The translations under genes and the position numbers were made by a program. A stretch of 28,173 bases of DNA from a virus. Its lineage: Duplodnaviria; Caudoviricetes. The stretch spans positions 1-28,173 of the IMG/VR virus record IMGVR_UViG_3300012953_000162. One strand, written 5' to 3'. Under the pieces are notes generated by a model. It was not told the DNA's origin. It saw nothing but the letters and a program-made list of their open reading frames with translations, and did no database searches. This document shows positions 1 through 9,691 of this stretch, piece after piece. Each line of letters begins with the position of its first letter. Within the stretch, counting starts at the first letter, position 1.

Positions 1-1
1 C

Positions 2-1618
2 CTAATTGGCTCTCCAGAAGAGTTTATGATGACTTCGTTCGCTGCGCAAGGAAACATGAATGCGTTTATCCAAAAAGGCAGTACAGATAGGAAGAAATTA
101 TTATCAACATTTATGGGTCTTGACGTATTCGAAGAGATAAACAAGCAAATAAGAAGCGAAGGAGAAGGTATTAAGTCTATTCTTCGCAGGATGCAAGAAA
201 AAGACTGGGTTGCAGAGATACGAAACAAGCGCCAAAAGATTGGTCAATTGACAGAAACGAATGTTGAACTTAAAATGGAGACTGATCAACTTAAGGAAAG
301 ATTAGTTACTTTGCAACAACAGGCGAATAATGAATCAGATGGCGACTTTGTCGATCCATCTGTGCTTCTTCGTGCTGAAAACAACTTAGTAACTAAACGA
401 AACCAGCTAAAAAACCACCAAAACTCGATAGAAACCACAAGAGAAGAGCTGGGTTCGTTGGAAATTAAGTTCAGTAAATATGATAACATCAAAGCAACAT
501 TTCCTATAGAGGGTTTTAGACGCAGATTGGAGAATTTAGAAGATTTGAATCGATCATTAGTCAAACAAAAGAATCTTTTAGACAAAGAAAATCGAGTTTT
601 GAAAAACCAAAAGCACTCTGTGTCACTTTTGAAAGAAGTGCCTTGTGGTGATTCGTTTCCTACGTGTAAATTTATCGCAGAATCGCATAGAAACAAACAG
701 TTAATGTCTGAGCAGAAGGAGTTAGTTAGAGAATTACGTCAAGAAGTAGCCAAGATGAAGGAAAATGTTGAGGATCTACAAGGAGAAGGCCTTAGAAATC
801 GCATCGCTAAGTACGAAAGCATGTTAAGACAAGAAGCTGAAGACAAAATTACGCATGCAAGGCTGGAGTCATCGATAGAAACGGTGCAATTAAAGATAGG
901 AAGGCTCCAAAAAGACATCGAACAGCTAGAGGAACACATATCTGTACTTAAGCTCAAGCTAAATACTGATAAGTCTGAAGAATTGAAGAAATTGCAGAAA
1001 CTTATTGCGAATGTGAGTGGCCAAATCCAATCAAAGGAAAGCTCTTTCTTAGCAAACATCCAAAAAATTGGTAAATACACTGCTGACATCGAGCAATTGA
1101 AGAAAGACCAGCTAGAATACGATAGACTGCAGATGGAATACAAGGTATATGACTTTTTGCAACGAGCAACTTCGTGGAGAGGAATTCCAACACAGGTCAT
1201 GTCGAAACAACTCCCGGCTATCAACGCAGAGCTCGCAAAGATTCTGTCAGATGTTACCGGTTTCACGATTGAGCTCGAAGTAGACGAAAGAAATACTGAC
1301 ATTTTCATTAATTACGGCGATACACGACGACCTGTCGAGTGTGCTTCGGGCATGGAGAAAATGGTGTCCTCGATGGCACTAAGAGTAGCAATGTCAAACG
1401 TATCATCACTTTCCAAATCGGACATGTTCGTTGTTGATGAAGGTTTCGGTGCACTTGATCCACAAAACATAGAAGCTGTGGTAGGATTACTCCATAGGCT
1501 TAAAAGATACTATCGATTGATCCTTGTTATATCGCATGTTGAAGTAATTAAAGATTCAGTTGACGATGTTATCGTAATTACAAGAAATGGAGTCGACTCC
1601 AAGGTGAAATATGAATAA
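2..1618 (+). CDS. sbcC: SbcC/Rad50-family ATPase (T4 gp46-like recombination nuclease subunit), 5'-truncated
   Basis: Frame is open from base 2 (LIGSPEEFMMTSFAAQG, Q-loop). Long coiled coil with a central Cys pair (PCGDSFPTCKF), signature-like ASGMEK, Walker B/D-loop FVVDEGFGALD, H-loop VISH. Walker A lies upstream of the window. Confidence 0.9.
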   Translation, partial: LIGSPEEFMMTSFAAQGNMNAFIQKGSTDRKKLLSTFMGLDVFEEINKQIRSEGEGIKSILRRMQEKDWVAEIRNKRQKIGQLTETNVELKMETDQLKERLVTLQQQANNESDGDFVDPSVLLRAENNLVTKRNQLKNHQNSIETTREELGSLEIKFSKYDNIKATFPIEGFRRRLENLEDLNRSLVKQKNLLDKENRVLKNQKHSVSLLKEVPCGDSFPTCKFIAESHRNKQLMSEQKELVRELRQEVAKMKENVEDLQGEGLRNRIAKYESMLRQEAEDKITHARLESSIETVQLKIGRLQKDIEQLEEHISVLKLKLNTDKSEELKKLQKLIANVSGQIQSKESSFLANIQKIGKYTADIEQLKKDQLEYDRLQMEYKVYDFLQRATSWRGIPTQVMSKQLPAINAELAKILSDVTGFTIELEVDERNTDIFINYGDTRRPVECASGMEKMVSSMALRVAMSNVSSLSKSDMFVVDEGFGALDPQNIEAVVGLLHRLKRYYRLILVISHVEVIKDSVDDVIVITRNGVDSKVKYE

Positions 1619-1805
1619 AATTATTGTGATCACGCCAGAAGGCTATCAACCAGAAGCAAAAGATTGCCCAGTATGTGGAAAGGCTCTTTCTTCTGTGGTT
1701 GATGTGATAAATTTCAGAAAACATGGCTGTTGCCATGAATGTGAAGTGATATATAGATACCCCAACAGAGAAAAATGGGAAAATGGTTGGCGACCAGATA
1801 ATTAA
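1611..1805 (+). CDS. Small putative zinc-finger protein
   Basis: CPVC...CCHEC motif; overlaps the upstream stop, consistent with translational coupling. Confidence 0.7.
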   Translation: MNKIIVITPEGYQPEAKDCPVCGKALSSVVDVINFRKHGCCHECEVIYRYPNREKWENGWRPDN

Positions 1806-1824
1806 ATAGAAACAGGAGACATTT

Positions 1825-2238
1825 ATGTTAGACATTCATGAACTTAGGGTACTTAGCGGTTTGACTCAAACTTATTTCGGAAAATCTTCTATTAGAGAAG
1901 GAGGCCATGCAATTGCATACAAAATTTTGAACCATTGTGATGAAGGTCACGTTCTTGAGATTAGATATGAAACTTTGGTGAATATAAACTCTAGAGAAGG
2001 AATACAGACTGCTCAAGACGATGAAGACAAGAAGTCAAAGAAAGCAATAACAGAAAAAGTATCAGAGCTCAAGCAAGAGTTCAAAGAAGTTGCAGGTAGA
2101 GCACTGAAAATTAAAGAATTCAAAAGTGAGAGATCCGGTCAACAACCACTAAGAGAATCATTCTTAGAAGTTATTTCTTTTAATCCTTCATTGTTGCGTG
2201 GAAAGTATTATAGAACATTGCAATTTCACGTTGAATAA
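1825..2238 (+). CDS. Hypothetical protein upstream of terminase
   Basis: AGGAGA SD at 1814-1819; TAATG stop/start overlap with terL. Confidence 0.8.
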   Translation: MLDIHELRVLSGLTQTYFGKSSIREGGHAIAYKILNHCDEGHVLEIRYETLVNINSREGIQTAQDDEDKKSKKAITEKVSELKQEFKEVAGRALKIKEFKSERSGQQPLRESFLEVISFNPSLLRGKYYRTLQFHVE

Positions 2239-3818
2239 TGGCTGCAGTACGAAATAACAAGCAGAAGCAGATCAAAGAAATCATCAAGTGTGGTAAAGAT
2301 CCGACGTATTTCTTCAATAGGTATGTAAAGATACAGCATCCAATCAAAGGATCGATACCTTTTAAGACATATCCGTTTCAAGATGACTGCGTCGATGACT
2401 TTAGAGCAAATCGATTTAATATCGTTCTAAAATCACGACAACTGGGTCTTTCTACGATTACAGCTGCTTATGCTATGTGGATGGTGTTATTTCATAAAGA
2501 TAAGAATGTTCTTGTCATTGCAACCAAATTAGCAGTGGCACAGAACTTTATTAGAAAGTGCAAATTCTTATTGGCTTCGTGCCCTAAGTGGTTAATTCTT
2601 CCACAAATTGTGAAGAATAACTCGCAAGCATTAGAGTTCAACAATGGTTCACAAATCAAAGCGATACCAACATCTGAAGATGCGGGTCGTTCTGAAGCGT
2701 TGTCACTCTTGATTGTGGATGAGGCTGCTTTTGTAAGAAACTTTGATATGTTGTGGACAGGATTATATCCAACACTATCGACTGGTGGAGAAGCAATTAT
2801 CTTATCAACTCCAAATGGTGTAGGTGGACAGTATTACGATCTCTGGGTTTATGCTCAAAAGGGTGAGAATGTTTTCAACCCGATAAAACTACCTTGGGAT
2901 GTACACCCTGACAGAGATGACACTTGGTTCGAGCAAGAAACCAAAAATATGTCCCAAAAACAGATAGCCCAAGAGCTTCTGTGTGACTTTGCAGCTTCAG
3001 GCGAAACATTCTTAAGAGTAGAAGACATTGAATATATCAGAGATTGGATCAGACAACCAATTGACAGATGGGGCCCCGATATGGGTGTTTGGGTGTGGGA
3101 CTATCCACTTGGTGAAAAGAAATATGTGATCTCCGCTGACGTCTCTCGAGGAGATGCTGGAGATTATTCGACTTTTCATGTAATAGATACAGAGGCTTCA
3201 CAAATAGTCGCAGAATACCAAGGGAAATTACCACCTGATAGGTTTGCTCAATTGTTAGCCGAAGCTGGAAAAAGATATAACGATGCAGTCATGTGTCCAG
3301 AGAACAATTCGTATGGCTACGCTGTTATTATGAAATTAAATGAACTAGATTATCGTAACATGTATTTCCAAAATGAAAGAGATCGATATAATTACATGTA
3401 CGGCAATAAAGACATTGCTAAAATCGGGTTTCAGACTAATTCTAAAACTCGAGCACAGATACTGACGAAATTGGAAGAAGTGTTGAGAACCAAACAAGTG
3501 AAAATTCGTTCCAGTCGGTTATATGAAGAGCTTAAAACCTTCGTATGGAAGAATGGAAAAGCACAAGCAATGAAAGGCCAAAATGACGACCTGATCATGG
3601 CTCTTGCGATAGGTGTTTGGCTTTATGATACCTCTCCCCAATTATCAAAAACTGGTACAGATATTAATAAAGCAATGCTAGCAGCATTCGCGGTCAACAC
3701 AACGCCGGTCGAAGATACAGTAGTTGATCAGAACATGAATAAAATACAACACCAAAGAAAAAGAGTTGTATTTCCGGGTTCTCGATCTCCTCACAACGAT
3801 TTTGATTGGCTAAAATAA
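2238..3818 (+). CDS. terL: Terminase large subunit (T4 gp17-like)
   Basis: Adenine-binding YPFQ, Walker A VLKSRQLGLST, Walker B LLIVDEAAF, coupling motif STPNG, RNase H-like nuclease ADVSRGDAGDYS ... NDDLIMALA. Confidence 0.97.
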   Translation: MAAVRNNKQKQIKEIIKCGKDPTYFFNRYVKIQHPIKGSIPFKTYPFQDDCVDDFRANRFNIVLKSRQLGLSTITAAYAMWMVLFHKDKNVLVIATKLAVAQNFIRKCKFLLASCPKWLILPQIVKNNSQALEFNNGSQIKAIPTSEDAGRSEALSLLIVDEAAFVRNFDMLWTGLYPTLSTGGEAIILSTPNGVGGQYYDLWVYAQKGENVFNPIKLPWDVHPDRDDTWFEQETKNMSQKQIAQELLCDFAASGETFLRVEDIEYIRDWIRQPIDRWGPDMGVWVWDYPLGEKKYVISADVSRGDAGDYSTFHVIDTEASQIVAEYQGKLPPDRFAQLLAEAGKRYNDAVMCPENNSYGYAVIMKLNELDYRNMYFQNERDRYNYMYGNKDIAKIGFQTNSKTRAQILTKLEEVLRTKQVKIRSSRLYEELKTFVWKNGKAQAMKGQNDDLIMALAIGVWLYDTSPQLSKTGTDINKAMLAAFAVNTTPVEDTVVDQNMNKIQHQRKRVVFPGSRSPHNDFDWLK

Positions 3819-3859
3819 TGACTAACGTATAATTATTGGTTAGTTAGAGGTATGAAAGA

Positions 3860-5902
3860 ATGGCAGAAAGAAAAACACCAGACAACTTGTTTCAGAGACT
3901 TACGAAACTGTTTCGATCCGGACCTAGCATCAAACGCAAGGTTAAGAACTATACGAAGGCTGAAAAGAATGCTTCTAGCGCCGTTGAGCTTTTCAAAAAA
4001 GCTCATTCAGATGTGTACAATAGCACTCTTTCTGCTTATGGGACTTTTGACCGCATGGCTCGGTATAGTGATTTTTCTGAGATGGAATCTACCCCCGAAA
4101 TTGCTAGCGCCTTGGACATCTACGCAGAAGAGTCCTGTTCCCAAGACGCCGAAGGAAGAGTATTACACATCCATTCAAACAATCGAAAAGTAAAAGAGCT
4201 ATTAGAGACCCTATTCTATGATACTTTGAACATCAATTTCAATATGGTGATGTGGACACGAAATCTCTGTAAATACGGAGACTTTTTCTTATTTAATGAT
4301 ATATCTCCCGAATTTGGTGTTATCAATGCGTATCCCGTTCCCATCACAGAGATGGAAAGAGAAGAAGGATACGATTCTAATGATCCAAGCGCAGTAAGAT
4401 TCAGATGGATTAGTCAAGGCAATACAATATTAGAAAATTGGCAAGTGTCACACTTTCGACTCTTGGGCAATGATGCATTCTTGCCGTATGGTTCTTCTGT
4501 GTTAGAAGCAGCACGTAGAATATGGCGACAGTTAATTCTAATCGAAGATGCAATGATGGTATATCGTGTTATACGTTCGCCTGAAAGAAGGGTGTTCTAT
4601 ATCGATGTGGGTAACGTTCCTCCCGAAGATGTTGCAAACTATGTAGAGCAGGCCAAGAATTCTTTGAAAGTCAATAAAGTTGTAGGTGGCCAAAAAGGAA
4701 ACGTAGACTTACGATACAATCCTATGGCAGTCGATGAAGATTATTTCATACCGGTTAGAGGTGGTGATACAGGGACACGTATAGACTCACTCTCTGGCGG
4801 CCAAAATACTAGTGCGATAGAGGATGTTGAATATATACAGAAGAAACTATTTGCTGCCCTTAAGATACCGAAAGCATATCTAGGTTACGATGAAGAAGTA
4901 GGTTCGAAAGCTACATTAGCTCAAGAAGATATTCGATTCAGTCGATCTATTGCTCGTATTCAGAAAACAATCATCGCAGAATTAAATAAGTTAGCAATGA
5001 TTCATCTATATGCGCACGGCTTCGATGGTGAGGATATATTAGATTTTTCTTTATCTTTGTCGAATCCATCGTCATTAGCACAGCAGCAGAAATTGGCTTT
5101 GGTTGAACAAAAGTTTTCAATTGCCAGTGCTGCTCCCGAAGGCATGGTATCTAAAACGTGGATCTATCAAAACATCTTTGGTTTCAATAAAGATACGATT
5201 GAACAAATCCAATCTGATTTTATTAGAGAAAAATTAGAAGCTGCTGAAGTAGAAGGCGCCGGTGGTGATGGCGATGACGGAGGTGGTGGAGGAGACGATG
5301 CTGGCGGAGGCGGCCTATTTGACGTCGATGCACCTCAAGGTCAAATCTTAGATGGAGATAATGATCTGATAACTCCTCAGTTAGGTGAAGCAGACCTCTT
5401 AGAAGACGACGATGAAGATGAAGAATATATAGATCTAGAAAGAATATCATCTGTTGTCGGAGATGGTTCAATCAAAGCAGATGAAACGACCAAAGGTGTT
5501 TTTGGGAATAAACTCAAGCAACAGAATGATGGAGCTGTTAGATACGGCGCCGAAGAACTAAACATGCCTAATTTCAAATCTATGTTAAGCAATGACAGAC
5601 CACAAGATACAATGAATGATCCATACGATGCGAGCTGGATTAGAAACTGGGGTAAGAGAAAGCAGATGGAGTCTAGCCACCAAAAACTCGCGGATGTAAT
5701 TGCTGGCATGGATAGCGGCATCAAAGATATTATACCTCAAACGATACAACCATCAATGTCGTTTGATACACAGAAAATGTTAGAGAAAATGAATTCCAAG
5801 TTAGGCATACGAAGGTTAATGACAGAAAACAATAATTATGAAACATTGATCGAGGAATCATTTGATCTCGATTTTGAATTGGAGAATGACGATGACGAAT
5901 AG
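3860..5902 (+). CDS. Portal protein (T4 gp20-like) with acidic C-terminal extension
   Basis: Motifs PEIASALDIYAEE, LIEDAMMVYRVIRSPERRVFYIDVGNVP, EDYFIPVRGG, IEDVEYIQKKLFAALKIP; follows terL; GAGGT SD at 3847-3851. Confidence 0.96.
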   Translation: MAERKTPDNLFQRLTKLFRSGPSIKRKVKNYTKAEKNASSAVELFKKAHSDVYNSTLSAYGTFDRMARYSDFSEMESTPEIASALDIYAEESCSQDAEGRVLHIHSNNRKVKELLETLFYDTLNINFNMVMWTRNLCKYGDFFLFNDISPEFGVINAYPVPITEMEREEGYDSNDPSAVRFRWISQGNTILENWQVSHFRLLGNDAFLPYGSSVLEAARRIWRQLILIEDAMMVYRVIRSPERRVFYIDVGNVPPEDVANYVEQAKNSLKVNKVVGGQKGNVDLRYNPMAVDEDYFIPVRGGDTGTRIDSLSGGQNTSAIEDVEYIQKKLFAALKIPKAYLGYDEEVGSKATLAQEDIRFSRSIARIQKTIIAELNKLAMIHLYAHGFDGEDILDFSLSLSNPSSLAQQQKLALVEQKFSIASAAPEGMVSKTWIYQNIFGFNKDTIEQIQSDFIREKLEAAEVEGAGGDGDDGGGGGDDAGGGGLFDVDAPQGQILDGDNDLITPQLGEADLLEDDDEDEEYIDLERISSVVGDGSIKADETTKGVFGNKLKQQNDGAVRYGAEELNMPNFKSMLSNDRPQDTMNDPYDASWIRNWGKRKQMESSHQKLADVIAGMDSGIKDIIPQTIQPSMSFDTQKMLEKMNSKLGIRRLMTENNNYETLIEESFDLDFELENDDDE

Positions 5903-6734
5903 GTCCCACAACAAAAAAAGAAATGTCGGGATTATCTACGAGCAACTCCTTGCAGCAACAGCGAGAGGCATTGTAGAAAATAACCAAGCAATTACAACCC
6001 GTGCACAAACAATAATAAAGCGGTTCTATAAAGAGGGCACAGAAATATATAAAGAGCACAGATTATTCAAGGCAATAGTTGAACCACACATCAAAGATGG
6101 ATCACTTGCAACTAAAATTCTAGAAGAAGCTAAAAAAGCAGCAAGAACCCATAACGTGCAAAGACTAGAACGTGAAAAATCTAGAATGATCAAAGAAATA
6201 AATCATTCCTTTGGTAAGAATTTCTATTCCCAAAAAGTTAAAAATTATACAAATTTTGCAACAGTTCAAACTCTTTTGAATGATTGGAGACTTTGGAATA
6301 AAGCTGATTTCAATCGGGTTACGTTGTTTGAAAGTAAAGTACATAGCATCTTGTTGAGTCCAAAGCAAGATCCTAGCTTGCTGAAAGAGCACGACAAGGA
6401 AGTAGATAATTTAGTTGTCAAAGTCATGACTGAAAAATACAATGATAAATATGGAAAATCTCTGACCGAAGTTCAGCAAATGCTTATCAAGCAGTATGTT
6501 TTCGCTGAGAACGGAAATTCAACGGGCTTCAAGAATATGCTGAAAAGAATTAAAGAGACAGTTATCAGAGATCTTGTTGAGTACGAATTAGATTGTGACA
6601 ACAATCACGTTGCAAACAAAATTAACGAAGTTAAGAAAGATATAAATTCTTTAGACATAAATACTCTTGACGATAATACAATGACTCGTTTCCTGACATT
6701 GTGTGACCTGTCTGAAGAGCTGCGGAGAAAATAA
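5892..6734 (+). CDS. Hypothetical protein between portal and protease (putative prohead component)
   Basis: Start moved from 5862 to ATG 5892 because GGAGA at 5881-5885 has suitable spacing; helical-looking sequence starting MTNRSHNKKRNVGIIYEQLL. Confidence 0.8.
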   Translation: MTNRSHNKKRNVGIIYEQLLAATARGIVENNQAITTRAQTIIKRFYKEGTEIYKEHRLFKAIVEPHIKDGSLATKILEEAKKAARTHNVQRLEREKSRMIKEINHSFGKNFYSQKVKNYTNFATVQTLLNDWRLWNKADFNRVTLFESKVHSILLSPKQDPSLLKEHDKEVDNLVVKVMTEKYNDKYGKSLTEVQQMLIKQYVFAENGNSTGFKNMLKRIKETVIRDLVEYELDCDNNHVANKINEVKKDINSLDINTLDDNTMTRFLTLCDLSEELRRK

Positions 6735-6735
6735 T

Positions 6736-7347
6736 ATGAGCGCACTTAAATTAATAACAGAATGGTCTGCGTGGGAATACGATAAAGCTACTACCCTGAA
6801 AGAAGCTGCAGACAACGGTGGTCGATATATTATGCGAGGTATTCTGCAGAAAGCGAACACACTAAATCAGAACGGTCGAGTTTATCCGATGGACATTCTT
6901 GAACGAGAAGTACGAAACTATCAAAAGTTTATTGCAGAAAACAGAGCTCTTGGAGAGCTCGATCATCCCGATTCTTCAGTCGTAGAACTTAAAAATGCTT
7001 CGCACATTGTAAGAGAAGCATATATGCAAGGCGATGTATGTTACGGGTCAGTCGAGATCTTAGATACTCCTTCTGGTCAGATCCTAAAGTCTCTCGTAGA
7101 TTCGGGTGTTACATTGGGGATCTCGTCTAGAGGCGTTGGAAGCACTAGAAAAGAGGGCGACTATCAAGTCGTACAAGATGACTTCCAATTAATCTGTTGG
7201 GATTTTGTAACAGAACCAAGTACTCCCGGTGCTTTTATGATGAAGGAAGGAAAAGAAATAAATGAAACCGATCTGAAGCAACACTTTACTAAGAGCGACA
7301 GGATCGATAGAATATTCAATGATATAATTTCGTGGAGGAAAGAATAA
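6736..7347 (+). CDS. Prohead maturation protease (T4 gp21-like)
   Basis: NQNGRVYP, ALGELDHP, ASHIV, GISSRGVGS, WDFVTEPSTPGAF; start set at ATG 6736 with GGAGA SD at 6724-6728. Confidence 0.96.
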   Translation: MSALKLITEWSAWEYDKATTLKEAADNGGRYIMRGILQKANTLNQNGRVYPMDILEREVRNYQKFIAENRALGELDHPDSSVVELKNASHIVREAYMQGDVCYGSVEILDTPSGQILKSLVDSGVTLGISSRGVGSTRKEGDYQVVQDDFQLICWDFVTEPSTPGAFMMKEGKEINETDLKQHFTKSDRIDRIFNDIISWRKE

Positions 7348-7784
7348 TGGCAGGATATTACGATAGAGACAGAAGATATAGGGATCCAGCGAGTAATGAT
7401 GCTGATGATTTTGATACGCCTCATCCAAGAGGCACGATGAATCACCCAATAACTCATCATGGAAACACAGCCGAGTATATGGTGTCTGGTTATCCATTTT
7501 TTCAAACACATTCACTGGACTCAAGCTCTGGAACATCGACTTTTGGATATGTGACTCAATGGATATGTATTTCAGCGATTGGACAAAATTGTGTTGTTAC
7601 GATTAATGGAGGCTCTGCAGCATTCACTGTGCCAGCTGGAACAATTTCTCCAAGATTTGACTTTAAGTGTACAACGATCACAGTGACAATGGTGGGAGCG
7701 GGGACTGCTTGTGTTTCCGCTGGACTCACAAATGTCAAATCTGCTGATTTCCCAGATATATCTGGTTACACAGGCGTCACATAA
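7347..7784 (+). CDS. Hypothetical beta-rich protein, possibly structural
   Basis: TAATG overlap with the protease stop and a GGAGG SD support a start at 7347; Gly/Thr/Val-rich C-terminal half. Confidence 0.75.
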   Translation: MAGYYDRDRRYRDPASNDADDFDTPHPRGTMNHPITHHGNTAEYMVSGYPFFQTHSLDSSSGTSTFGYVTQWICISAIGQNCVVTINGGSAAFTVPAGTISPRFDFKCTTITVTMVGAGTACVSAGLTNVKSADFPDISGYTGVT

Positions 7785-7802
7785 TAATAGGAAGGTTAGG
7801 TT

Positions 7803-8240
7803 ATGGCTAAAGTTAAACGTTCAGTTTTGAAAGAAATAGTTAAAGAATGCTTGTTAGAGATTCTGTTTGAAGGTATCGATTCTGAGTCAGGATTATATGA
7901 AGAGGATGAACCGATAAGGGAAGCACGTCGACCGAATAGGCGTGCTTCTCGTCCTTCTCCTAAAAATGACCTGCACGCAGCTGTCAAGCAGAAGACTCAG
8001 AAGCCTTCGAAGGCTTTGCAAGAAAATTTTGTGACATCAGCTGTCAGCGAATTGACTACTGATCCAATGATGGCAGGCATTTTTGCAGATACTGCCCAAA
8101 CAACGCTTAGAGATCAAAAGGAAAGAAGAAGACCACCCGCAGATAATGCTGCAGCCGCTGTTGAAAATGTCGATAACGTAGGAGATCTTTTCGAAGGCGC
8201 TGGAAATTGGGCTTCTATTGCATTTGGTGAAACAGAATAA
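7803..8240 (+). CDS. Hypothetical protein (candidate head-internal protein)
   Basis: In-operon ORF; N-terminal LKEIVKECLLEILFE motif. Confidence 0.8.
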   Translation: MAKVKRSVLKEIVKECLLEILFEGIDSESGLYEEDEPIREARRPNRRASRPSPKNDLHAAVKQKTQKPSKALQENFVTSAVSELTTDPMMAGIFADTAQTTLRDQKERRRPPADNAAAAVENVDNVGDLFEGAGNWASIAFGETE

Positions 8241-8299
8241 TTGTAATTAATTGTGGTTGATCTATAATTAGAATTGATCATATTTTATAGGAGATTTTC

Positions 8300-8614
8300 A
8301 TGAAAAAGAAAACACGTAGAAATCGCAAACAACGATCTGCAAAAAAATTAACTGCGTCAGCTCTTAGAGCTCTCATCAAAGAAGAGGCTGCAAAGCTAAC
8401 TGGTGAGCTTGAAGATACTGAATCTGCAAAAGCTGAAGAAGTTGATGCTGACGAAATGGCTGATACATTAGAGCAAGACATCGACATGTATAAGGCTATG
8501 GAAATTAAAGAAGCTCGTATGAGGCGACAGTACAATAAATTAGTTAGAGAAGCACGCAAAGTTCGTAGAAATAAAAATCTTGCGAAGAAGAAAATCCTTC
8601 GCCAACTTAAATAG
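8300..8614 (+). CDS. Small highly charged hypothetical protein
   Basis: AGGAGA SD at 8289-8294; basic-acidic-basic blocks; LRALIKEE motif. Confidence 0.8.
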   Translation: MKKKTRRNRKQRSAKKLTASALRALIKEEAAKLTGELEDTESAKAEEVDADEMADTLEQDIDMYKAMEIKEARMRRQYNKLVREARKVRRNKNLAKKKILRQLK

Positions 8615-8624
8615 GAGAACCTAG

Positions 8625-9095
8625 ATGCCTACTCATTCACAAATTACCGTTGAACCAGATGAAAACCAAACAGCTAGTGGGTCAAAAGCTAATAGAGCTG
8701 CCCTGAAAACAATGTTTTCTACAGCGCCTTATCATAATGACTACACCAAAGAACAAGTCAAAGCAATGGGACAAGCATTGCTACTTGATGGTGAAGTGAA
8801 CGATATGGGGCATACGTTTGGTACATATAATAGAGACTATACTGATGCGCCAGATTATGGAGATGTAGAAATCGGAGCTGGTGGATTGCCTGCTTCTGCA
8901 TGGGTACCAAATCCAAGTTCGCCAGCAGATGGAGTCAATAATCCTGGGTCAATGCCTGCTGCGCCAGACGGATATGGTAGCACACCTGCAGACAATTGGG
9001 GCAACGGTGTTGGATCACAGCTTTCTCCGAAAGCTTCAGCAGCTGCTATCTCAACCCAAAAGATTGGGGATCTACCATCAAATAGATCAAGCTAG
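8625..9095 (+). CDS. Gly/Pro-rich hypothetical protein
   Basis: AGGAGA SD at 8613-8618; tight operon spacing. Confidence 0.8.
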   Translation: MPTHSQITVEPDENQTASGSKANRAALKTMFSTAPYHNDYTKEQVKAMGQALLLDGEVNDMGHTFGTYNRDYTDAPDYGDVEIGAGGLPASAWVPNPSSPADGVNNPGSMPAAPDGYGSTPADNWGNGVGSQLSPKASAAAISTQKIGDLPSNRSS

Positions 9096-9097
9096 TT

Positions 9098-9691
9098 ATG
9101 CAACAGTCAAAAGTTTCGATAGGGGGTGGTGGATTTCCTGCTTCGCATGGTGATTCTAGAAACGACTTGGGATATGGTCGTCTAAACCCGAAGTATCATA
9201 TCGAAAAACAACTTGGCAATCATTCTTACCCTTATAGAGATCAAGATGAAGATCTAGATCATGTTGAAACCTTCGTCGACGAAGACGAAGAAGAAGCAAT
9301 TTGGGATCGTATGACTCCTCCGTCTGGTTACGACCATGCTGGAGGACATTACGACCCCTTTTCTTTTGCGGGCTCAAACACGACCCTCTCTGGTCCAGCA
9401 CACATCGGTGAAACCTTTGCAAAAAATTCGATGGTTCCTTTCCCGACAATGCATAAAAATCGTGGACAATCAGCTGTAGGCGGAACTAGGGTTGGTACTG
9501 CTAGAGGTGATGGAAGTACGATGTCAGCGACAATGGATACAGGGGATCGCTGGGGATGGAGTAATCCCGTCTATAAAGAAATTGATACAGATTCTGAAAA
9601 CGAGTATAATTACACTTTAGAGGACATCGCACAAGATGAAGAAGATGCCCTAAGAGAATGTATACGCCTAATATTATTGAGGGAACTATGA
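9098..9691 (+). CDS. Hypothetical low-complexity protein
   Basis: Starts 2 nt after the previous stop; C-terminal LRECIRLILLRE motif; ATGA overlap with the next gene. Confidence 0.75.
   Translation: MQQSKVSIGGGGFPASHGDSRNDLGYGRLNPKYHIEKQLGNHSYPYRDQDEDLDHVETFVDEDEEEAIWDRMTPPSGYDHAGGHYDPFSFAGSNTTLSGPAHIGETFAKNSMVPFPTMHKNRGQSAVGGTRVGTARGDGSTMSATMDTGDRWGWSNPVYKEIDTDSENEYNYTLEDIAQDEEDALRECIRLILLREL

Noticed and set aside
3852-4193. 113-aa overlapping ORF at the portal start
   Set aside because: The GAGGT SD abuts ATG 3852 with zero spacing but is correctly spaced for the portal ATG 3860.
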